Assembly: GCA_000934665.2 (NCBI GenBank)
Contig: KZ538872.1
Coordinates: forward strand, 1 to 43,476
DNA from: Catajapyx aquilonaris
Lineage: Eukaryota
Direction of reading: 5' to 3'
DNA: 43,476 bases
Position 1 is the stretch's first letter. The number at the start of each line of letters is the position of its first letter. A model generated the notes under the pieces. The model worked only from the letters and a program-made list of their open reading frames with translations. It ran no database searches and was not told the origin of the DNA. The position numbers were made by a program, and so were the translations under genes. Positions 33,601 to 41,417 of the stretch are shown piece after piece.

Positions 33601-36600
33601 TTGCCTGGCATACACCAATAGTGCTTCAAATTGGAATTAGTCATTGAAACAGAGCCATTTGTTGGGAGACGGAGTGGCGCCGCGGTAACGCGTGCGCCCA
33701 CGGAAGTTAAGGTCCCGGGTTCAATCCCCACCCGGGGTTCCCACCTTCTTTCGTGCAGAGTTGGGCCATCTCTGGTTTCGTTTCGGGTGGCAATTTCCGA
33801 TAGACTAAGCCACCCGGGGGAGTTCACAAAATGACCGTATGAGACATTGCACATGCACTTTGCACATCCCCTCCTACTTACCCGTGAAACACATTCAATA
33901 CTGTCCACAGTATACAAGTTTCACCCAGATGGTGGTAGCCCACCCCCCTGAAAGGGCTCGGTCCCTGAAATGGGGTAAAAAAGCAAAGCAAGCAAGCAAG
34001 CAGAGCCATTTGTAATCTTCTCGGCCCTAACACATATTAGCTGCTATTCTCCATGATGGCACAGTCCAGTGATTTTGTTCTGGGACCGAATATCATGGAT
34101 AAAGATAGTGTGTGACCTGGTGCAAAGGCTAACGAGGAAGTCAGAAGCACACTTCGATGCGGAGAAGGCATCACTTAGCTCGGACGGGGGGAAATAGTGG
34201 GCTGCGCGAAGCACCCATAATTCGTGCCGTACACGTGCCTAGTTCTGCCCTCATCTAGTGGCGTCTCCACCCGCACCGGACACGGTTTTCAAACGACACA
34301 CTTCCAAATTTCGCCCAGGGGTTACCGTTTGAATGAGAGAAACATGGACTGCACCATTGGAAATTTCTTTTTGGGAAGATTTTTCGAGACCAACTTGTCT
34401 CAATAGTGGACTGACCCTTTAAAATATGATGGTTTTTTAAAGGTTTGCAGCCAAATTTTGAACAAATGCAAGCTCTGGTTTCCCACAACAAGGCTCGCCC
34501 ACTTTTTCCTAACACTTGGAAAGAAGGCAATCCAGCTATCCACCTCTTAAAAGAGACAATTGAAGATTGTTGGGACCAGGATGCAGAGGCCCGTCTGACT
34601 GCTTTGTGTGTGGAAGAAAGACTGCAAGAATTGCCTGCCCTTTGGGAAAGGCTCAGAGGTAGGCTTCATGATTTGCTGATGTTGCTGATATCTAGTTGAA
34701 GTTGTCCATGTAATTTGATGTTTTTGTGTGTATATTTTGAATCAGTGATAATACCAGGATCAAGCCCGGTCAATCCTACATCAGACTCATTTACAAACTG
34801 CTTTGCCCAAGTGGAAAATGGACGATATGTTCAAGATACTAACGGTTAGTGCATCATCTTATTACATACATAACCGTTCATTTGCATAATTTTGCGATTC
34901 ATTCATTTCTTGTATTTAGGAAATGGCAGCAAAGGTCCATGGGTTGGAAAAGACAGTTGGGACACAACTGCTTCTGAAACTACAGCAGAAACCACTGTTA
35001 CTATGTCTCCAATTGAATCTCTTCCTGATATGTCAGGTGAGAACTCAGCAAATTATATTTACAATAACGTCATGTTGCTCATTTAACTGGGACTCTTGTC
35101 CCAACAATATATTGGGAACTTGTCATGACAAAAGAAAAATGCAAGCCATTTATCCTTACATTCAAAAATTAATCTAAGGCCATAATTCTCATGCTAGGAA
35201 ACCAAACATTTCTCAGTAACTTTTTAATTATTATATGGTTCCCTAAGAAAATTGACATGTATTAGCTTGTATGTTGGTAAACATGGTCTGCCCAGAGCAC
35301 ATACCGAAAATAGTCCCCTCCAGCATCTAAGTACTTCTGTGCGTGAGTCTGCATATGGGCGAACATACAGTATGTGCTAATGTGACATCATAATGGCAGC
35401 AACCTCCCACCGTATCATGTCTTGGAGGGCATCAGTTGTTCGCGGAGCTCTTCTTCCTGTATACGTGGCCCTACAGTAAACCCCACAAGAAGAAATTGTG
35501 GCATCAGGTCTGGTGATCTTGGCGGTCACAGATTTTTCGAAATTAATCTGTTACCGAAGGTCCGGGCTCAGATCACCAGACCTGGCGCCACCTGATTTCT
35601 TGTGGGGTTTACTGAAGGGCCCTTTATACAGCAATAAACTGCGAAGTACAATTGACACCCTCAAAGGCGCGATACGTTGGGAGGTTGACTGCCATTATGA
35701 TGTCACATTATCACATATCTTTGCCAATATGCAGACTTGCAAACAGAAGTGCTTGGATGCTGGAGGGGACCATTTTCTGTAAATGCTCTAGGAAGACCTT
35801 GTTTGCCAACATACTTTATCACTCAAAAAGATGGGAGACGATTTTGCATTGAAACCAAACACAAAATCTTCTCCATCTTTTTGAGCAATTTTTTTTTTAA
35901 ATACCCCTTGCTCAGTACATTACGTCCTGCTTCGGGGGGTGGCATACCACCATCAGTTTTCTATATATATTTTCCACTTCATTCACCGGTGCAAGGGAAC
36001 AAGGACAATGGGAAAGGATAGGGATTTTTGGGGAGGGAACATGGGTGCAAGATGCAATGTCGTAGCTATGGGTCATGTGCTGTTCCCCAGGAGGTTAGGT
36101 TGCCAGACACCTCCTTGGTGCAGGTCAGAGACCCTCCTGACGCAGGTGAAAGGAAAGTTCCCCAGCCGGGGATCGAACCTGGGGCCTTTCACTCAGCAAG
36201 CCGTGACGTTACCATCACGGCCACCACACCTCCCCCTCTTTTTGAGCAATATAGTACATGTCAACTTTCATAGGGAACCATACAGTAAGTAAAAGGTTAT
36301 TGAGGAATATTTGGGTTTCCTAGCGAGAGAATCGCTTTGTATTTTGGCTTTTTTCATACCAGTCAGGTAGAATGTAAAGGGCCCAGTGAGGAGATATTGG
36401 TTAGTATTCTGGTCATGATGGAGTATATTCATTTAGAATTTTGTACCGATTTTCCCAGAGTGGGACCTCCGTAAGTTTCGGCGTAATAATCAAATCAAAA
36501 AGTCAGCAAAGTGGTAGCAAATTCTGAAAACGTACACGAGATATAAACATTTTAAATTCAGCAACAAAATTTTTTTTATTGATTTCAATGCAGTCATCAG

Positions 36601-38967
36601 GTTTGTGTGGCCCCTCAAGTTCGTGGTTAAAATTAATGTCCTGCTATGTAACGAATTAATGTAGTGACAGCAATTATCACTAGACCACACAGAAATTCAC
36701 TGTCCAAAGTGTAATCATATTTGTTTCAGTTGTTAACTGTCAAATTAACATTAACTTTCGTTCTGTCCTAGCTCCATTGTTACGATTAATAATTATCAAT
36801 TCTAAAATCCATATAATCTTAACGGAGACTTATTATCACATTTTGTTTACTACACCACTCTTACACTTTTTTGGGACGCGCGTAAACGACGGGATTTGGG
36901 TAAGGTACATTGGCGGTTTTTTGCTCTCTAGGTAGTTGTGCAAAATACAGCAGGTCATGACAATTTTGGACACTCCTCACTGAACAGTTATTCTGACTCA
37001 ACAGACAACGAAAGCGACCTTTGAGGTGACCAAATGCATTTTCCAAAAATGCGCATCTCGATACTCACTTGTTTTTCAAAACGTCGCGCAACGTCGCCCG
37101 TGGTCGCCCATGTGAACATAGCACCCTTGATTTCTGGCCAGCTGCTAGCCACGTTTTCGGGATGGCCAGGAATTCCTAGTCAAAGGTCGCTCGTGTGAAT
37201 GAGTCTTATGAGGCTGGATATCTTATATGTATATTTTGGGAAGTTTTGCTAACTGAGGCGTGATTGGCCACTTCAGATGAGTCTCTAGCAGGGCCCAGAA
37301 TATACATCTACCACTGCCACCACTGGGTTATCTTCTAGTGCCATTAACCCTTTGAAGCCTGCGGACGTCATATGATGTCCTGCTGGTTTTTTAACTGGGA
37401 GCGCTACAGTTTACACAAAAATGGCGCAGCTTGAGGCTCAAACTGCTCCTACCACCTCGTGGAAGGGGGCTCAACTACCATGGCGTATGCTAATCAATTT
37501 TTCCACCTCCCAGTGGGAGCTAAACATACCCCCTACCGCCTGAAAGTTTTTGACAACATGCAGCATCTGGACTCGTAGGAATTTCTCAAAGTACAGTGTC
37601 TTAGAAGTATTATGTAACCACAGTAACAATTTTATAGTGACTTTAAAAATTTAAATAAATTTAATTACGTTTAAAGTTAATTACACTTTTAATTTTTTTC
37701 TGGCACACCCTGTAGATGAATTTTTTAGGCATTTTACATTCAAAAGGACCACCACGAGTTGAAATGATAAATATTGGAGCATATTGTTTTTCATTAATAT
37801 TACTCCTACTAGAATTTTTTTTCAAAAAGAGACTAAAACAGCCAAAAAAAACCCAGGCGTCAAAGGGTTAAAGTTTTTTATTTTGTCAGCCACTACACCT
37901 GTCATTTGAATCATGGGTTGTTTCAGAATGAAAAAATTAAGTGTACTAACTCTCTTGTTGCAGTGGAATCAGAGCCCCTTCAGCCACATCAAGGACGCAA
38001 TCCCTGCTTGGAGCGCAACCTGATTCGGGAAGCATCTGAAGAACTCTCCTGCGAGGGGAACATTCTGGTGGAGAAATCAAGCAAACATTCCCCAGCATCT
38101 GGAGCACCTGGTTTTTCAGATGAGTCACATGCACTTCTTAGCCATGATTATCTGAGTCACCAGGCAGTTCCGCTCCCGTCAGTACGTGCAGCTGTTTTCA
38201 CTCCACCAATACCTTATGTCCAAAATGCTGTTTTTGATGGCAGCAGCAACGCCTTAGCTAAGCAGCCCAATGTGCCTCCTGGAAATTGCCCTAATGCATC
38301 AGCAGGTACACTCAGCTGGGAGTTGTTTCGAGGAAGAGATTACTCTGGATGGAAAGGATTCAAAAGACTGCTGGAGGGCAATAAGAAAGGGAGCAGTACA
38401 GATAGGAATAAGCAAAAACCCACTAAAATGTGTGTTGCCGCAGCATCTGGAAATAACCCTGCAGCTGCAATTATCAAGGGAGAGGATAGCAGCAGGGCAG
38501 AGAGGAAGAGAAAAAAGAAGAAGAAACGGCCATCCAGCCTTAGGTTGGATGGACAAATTGGAAAGTTGGCAAATGGTGAAAAAGAAGTGACAAAGCGGCA
38601 GAGTAGTTTAGAGGGTGTCAAAGATGTGTTTGAATCAGGAGGGTTAAAAAATACATGTAATCATGTGAAAACACCACATGATATCAAGAAGAATCGTTTC
38701 TCTCTCTATGATGACCGAATGATGGTCTGTGCTCCCCAAGTAGTGGAAGGATTTGGTACTGAAGATGTTTGTGTAACTGAGAATGGAAGCATTCCTGCCC
38801 GAGCCTGGTACTCCACTTCAGTTCTTGCAGATTCCCTTTGTGATGCAGAGAACAGCAGCATGTCTGACTCATGTAAGAAGCATAAACAGAAGCTAGGAGA
38901 TTTTGGCCTGAAGCCTGACTGCCGTGATTCGCTGATTTTGTATGATTGCAATGTCTCAAGTTTTTAG
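21573..38967 (+). CDS. wit: Bone morphogenetic protein receptor type II (BMPR2 / wishful thinking) gene span, 13 coding exons, 2796 nt, 931 aa
   Basis: Signal peptide, activin-receptor ectodomain ([25 protein letters not shown]), TM helix, Ser/Thr kinase ([47 protein letters not shown]) and a long C-tail with [19 protein letters not shown] and [10 protein letters not shown]. All introns are GT-AG and phase-consistent. Confidence 0.95.
21793..22041. mobile_element. Tc1/mariner-type MITE
   Basis: ~85-bp TIRs starting CAGGGTGTTTCCTGTAACT; TA flanks. Confidence 0.9.
22611..22708 (+). CDS. wit: wit/BMPR2 coding exon 2 ([11 protein letters not shown]...)
   Basis: tttttcag acceptor, AAG|GTAAAG donor; ERICAF resembles the BMPR2 ERLCAF motif. 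Confidence 0.85.
23942..24345. mobile_element. Truncated palindromic MITE
   Basis: TA-CAGGGTG start; ~100-bp inverted arms at ~24115-24225 and ~24243-24345. Confidence 0.7.
24742..24850 (+). CDS. wit: wit/BMPR2 coding exon 3 (ectodomain)
   Basis: [17 protein letters not shown]; tttcacag acceptor, G|GTATGT donor. Confidence 0.9.
25066..25776. mobile_element. Mariner-derived non-autonomous element with long inverted arms
   Basis: TA-CAGGGTTATCGGAAAAGAATGTCCCAATTT / AAATTGGGACATTATTTTTCGATGACCATG-TA; relic PDLSPMDF motif near 25460. Confidence 0.8.
25789..26078 (-). mobile_element. SINE, head C
   Basis: 13-bp TSD gtatttcagtata (25776-25788, 26079-26091); head homologous to 7620-7868. Confidence 0.88.
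26177..26356 (+). CDS. wit: wit/BMPR2 coding exon 4 (Cys box)
   Basis: [19 protein letters not shown]; canonical splice sites. Confidence 0.92.
26418..26630 (+). CDS. wit: wit/BMPR2 coding exon 5 (transmembrane)
   Basis: [23 protein letters not shown] hydrophobic helix; G|GTGAGT donor. Confidence 0.9.
26700..26855 (+). CDS. wit: wit/BMPR2 coding exon 6 (kinase I-IV)
   Basis: [23 protein letters not shown]. Confidence 0.93.
26918..27100 (+). CDS. wit: wit/BMPR2 coding exon 7 (kinase V-VIa)
   Basis: [25 protein letters not shown]. Confidence 0.93.
27602..28270. mobile_element. Degenerate TIR element (hAT-like TAGGGATGTGC end) hosting a SINE
   Basis: gatgtgcaattagttttgg..ttaatgcgtacagcgcc is inverted at ~28225-28270. 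Confidence 0.55.
27709..28045 (+). mobile_element. SINE, head B
   Basis: TGGCGGAGATGG A-box and GGTTCAATTCCC B-box; body is the reverse complement of the other B copies. Confidence 0.85.
28521..28803. mobile_element. Palindromic MITE-like element
   Basis: ~125-bp inverted arms (ctgatctcccccac.. / ..gtgggggagatcag) around a ~26-nt loop. Confidence 0.8.
28959..29463. mobile_element. hAT (Charlie-like) MITE
   Basis: TIRs CAGTGGTTCCCAACCT / AGGTTGGGAACCACTG; 8-bp TSD ctataaca / ctgtaaca; a related partial copy lies at ~690-852. Confidence 0.88.
29052..29332 (-). mobile_element. SINE, head D
   Basis: TGGCGGAGTGG A-box, GAGTTCGATCCC B-box; TSD ttttataggacat (29039-29051, 29333-29345); (ATT)n tail. 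Confidence 0.88.
29655..29824 (+). CDS. wit: wit/BMPR2 coding exon 8 (catalytic loop)
   Basis: [32 protein letters not shown] donor. Confidence 0.95.
30236..30966. mobile_element. Tc1/mariner-type non-autonomous element with its left TIR split by a SINE
   Basis: CAGGGTGTTCCTGACTAGTAT[SINE]GTCAACCTG ... CAGGTTGACCGACTAGTAAGAAACACCCTG. Confidence 0.75.
30257..30592 (-). mobile_element. SINE, head B
   Basis: 14-bp TSD ttcctgactagtat (30243-30256, 30593-30606); B-box GGTTCGATCCC. Confidence 0.9.
31524..31719 (+). CDS. wit: wit/BMPR2 coding exon 9
   Basis: [39 protein letters not shown]. Confidence 0.95.
32162..32728. mobile_element. Mariner-derived element with ~100-bp inverted arms
   Basis: 32162-32262 is inverted at 32628-32728; the interior encodes a decayed mariner HTH-like peptide on the minus strand ([19 protein letters not shown]). 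Confidence 0.7.
33663..34000 (+). mobile_element. SINE, head A, (AGCA)n tail
   Basis: 13-bp TSD cagagccatttgt (33650-33662, 34001-34013); head nearly identical to the copy at 6492. Confidence 0.9.
34443..34658 (+). CDS. wit: wit/BMPR2 coding exon 10 (kinase X-XI)
   Basis: [35 protein letters not shown]. Confidence 0.95.
34746..34844 (+). CDS. wit: wit/BMPR2 coding exon 11
   Basis: Open phase 1-1 exon ([12 protein letters not shown]...) between gaatcag and G|GTTAGT; an alternative in-frame acceptor lies at 34758. Confidence 0.7.
34920..35036 (+). CDS. wit: wit/BMPR2 coding exon 12
   Basis: [13 protein letters not shown]; tatttag acceptor, G|GTGAGA donor. Confidence 0.8.
35185..36333. mobile_element. 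Palindromic mariner derivative containing a SINE
   Basis: 35185-35265 is inverted at 36252-36333, and 35310-35360 at 35727-35775; relic [16 protein letters not shown] transposase motif. Confidence 0.75.
35890..36236 (-). mobile_element. SINE, head B
   Basis: 14-bp TSD tctttttgagcaat (35876-35889, 36237-36250); head nearly identical to the 30257 copy. Confidence 0.9.
36860..37208 (-). pseudogene. PIF/Harbinger transposase relic (DDE_Tnp_4 C-terminus), frameshifted
   Basis: [14 protein letters not shown] followed in another frame by [12 protein letters not shown], typical Harbinger transposase motifs; Harbinger-like end taagactcattcacacg near 37208. Confidence 0.75.
37348..37867. mobile_element. 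piggyBac-like non-autonomous element
   Basis: TTAA-CCCTTTGAAGCCTG ... CAGGCGTCAAAGGG-TTAA. Confidence 0.85.
37964..38967 (+). CDS. wit: wit/BMPR2 terminal coding exon (cytoplasmic tail)
   Basis: TACTAAC branch point at 37944-37950, then ctcttgttgcag| in phase 1; [14 protein letters not shown]..; stop TAG at 38965-38967. Confidence 0.88.
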
Positions 38968-39721
38968 TCCACTTCATGCTTTTATAAGTAGTGCAATGCA
39001 AAAATTGTTGCCACTGATTCAGGTCAGTCGTATAAAGTCACTGTGATTTATAACTTAAGGGAACAGTAACAATAATTAGTAATAATGTACTGTGTGTGTG
39101 GGCAGGGATTGCTTATCCCATTATTTGTGCATAAGTTTGTGGTGTATCACTTCAGTTGTGCTTGATATGAACACAAAACACTGCATCCAAAATAGTTAAA
39201 GTGTATTGACAAATAACTCTATTATTTGTCATTCCTAACATTCTGTATGATCTAAGTGATATTGATACCTTTGGAAACTTTAATGAAATAAATTTTAAGT
39301 GCTGGAGCAAAAAAAAGACACTAACCTTACAATTGCATTTAAAATGGAGTGGAAGTAATTTTTTTTCAGACATACTGCTGTGAAAGAACTTCGCTTTTGC
39401 TACAATCCAATTTGAATGAAGCAATGTTTTTAAGTTTGTCAAATTTGTCAAATGTGCACATTTTTTCTACACTAGCCTCGTGATTATCCAAGAATGGATT
39501 ATTATGTGTAAATCACCAAGAAAATTTTTACATAGAATTTAGAAAGAATGGCACCATGTCTTGCAATCAAAGAAATATAACCCAACTTTTTCCAGAAGAC
39601 AAACTAAAATAATATATAGGGTAAGTTTCATTATTTTGATTAAGCTGTGTTTAATAATGCAGATACACACTGTATAGTAGTTAAATAATTAATACCTCTG
39701 AATGGCTCATTTTAATGGTGT

Positions 39722-41417
39722 CTACTATCCGTTTATTTAATATAGGGCCCTGTGTTTGACTCGAAACAACTCCCACAAAAATGATCCAAAATATTAATGT
39801 TATATATCGTGGGAAAGCTTGTTTAAATCCAAGTTACATACTCGTATATGCGAGTTGGTTTCCTATCATCAGTGAGTAATTTTTTAGGATACAGTTGCCC
39901 TTACTGACGTGCAGGCAGCAGGTTGTGTGGCAAAGGCAAGGATAAAGGATGGGCGTGTATCCACTGGAGATAGGTCTGTATGGCAGAAGATAGGTCTGTA
40001 TCCGCAAGGAAGGAAGGTTAGGCTTGGTTAGGTTAGGTTGGTACAGCACACCCCTTCCAAAATCCAAAAAATCAATCCTTGCAGCCTTGCCTTTGCAACA
40101 CAGCCAAGCTGCCTGCGGCCACCACTCACCCTGCCGCCTCCCGCACGCCAGTAGGGATTACTCTTTCCATTTTTTATTGCAAGAAGAAGGCGGAAAGGTG
40201 TCATGATCAGACTAGTTGCCAGCGTTACGCTGCAAAATGAATATTTTTCTGACACTTCTCGGAGGCCAAAAGAATGCCCCTGAGAACCCTGGATAGTGCA
40301 AATCTTTGTCTATCTAATGTTATATTTGAAACTTAGAAATCGCCATTTGGGTAATCATAATTAAGTTAATTGCGCACCTCTGTTATCTCGACCGTTTATA
40401 ATCCGAATTACTTTGCGAATGTATCGATGGCAGGCCAGAAATATGTGATAAAATTAAACTGTGCTCTATTACACTACAATATATTTTTAAAAGTATTTAA
40501 AAGTGTCGCCATGTATTCCCGCCAGAAAGCGGGCTGGGCACTTTCCTATTAAACTAAGTAAACCAATACTTTTAAAATTTGTAGTGTAATAATAATTCAT
40601 ACCCCGTTATCAGCCTATGTGATGTAGTGGTGCTCCTGTGAGGGATGCTGTCGGTAGATGCAAACATAGCATCTGCAGAGGGAAAAATGCAAGTTGTGTG
40701 GTGATTAGCCGAGGTGTAGTCGATCACAGATGTGCTTTATCAGTGGGGCTTAACGTCTGCCTATTTCTCCCGCAAGGCTCAACACCTACGCCAGGGGGTG
40801 GTCCTCCTCCTGGAAATTTGGCCACTCTGGAGATCTTTAACGTGCACTCGCGCAATGTCACAAGCACACAGGACCGACGGCTTTACTTCTCCTCTGAAGT
40901 AAGGCACACTCTCACTTTTCTACCACCCAGAGAAAAGTCACCGACCTCGGCCGGGTTCGAACCCACAACTTTGGGACTAGAAGTGAGCGCGCTAACCACC
41001 AGTCCACAGGCACCGGCTATCACAGAAGTGCTGGACATACTGGACGTTACGCGTTTCTGCAACTCCAAGACAGAGTCTATGCAACTAAAGTGAACAGCCC
41101 AAATAATGACGTGTCCTCCATCACCCCTGACTTGCTGGAAAGAACCTTGGGGTCTGAGATTATTGGCTTAAAATTGTGCTTCCTACTAAAGGAGCACATG
41201 TGGAAGGCTACTGATTTTTTTACGCAAACTTGATGAGTGTCTCTTCTCATTTGCACAATAATTTCGACACCATGGTTCAGTAACTTGCTTAATAGTAGCA
41301 AGTTGATACTAGGGAGGTTCATTGTGGACACCCTGTGTAACATTATTTTTTGGATCATTTTCGTGGGAGTTGTTTCGAGTCAAACACAGGGACCTTTATT
41401 AAATAAACGGATAGTAG
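39722..41417. mobile_element. Non-autonomous DNA transposon with ~80-bp TIRs, superfamily unassigned
   Basis: ctactatccgtttatttaata..ccctgtgtttgactcgaaacaactcccac..gatccaaaa is inverted at 41337-41417. Confidence 0.8.
40738..41018 (-). mobile_element. SINE, head E
   Basis: TGGACTGGTGG A-box-like motif, GGTTCGAACCC B-box, gacgttaagcc-type 3' end; no TSD identified. Confidence 0.7.

Noticed and set aside
37906..37963. ORF-track N-terminal extension of the last wit exon
   Set aside because: It contains the branch point and pyrimidine tract; the phase-compatible acceptor is at 37963/37964.
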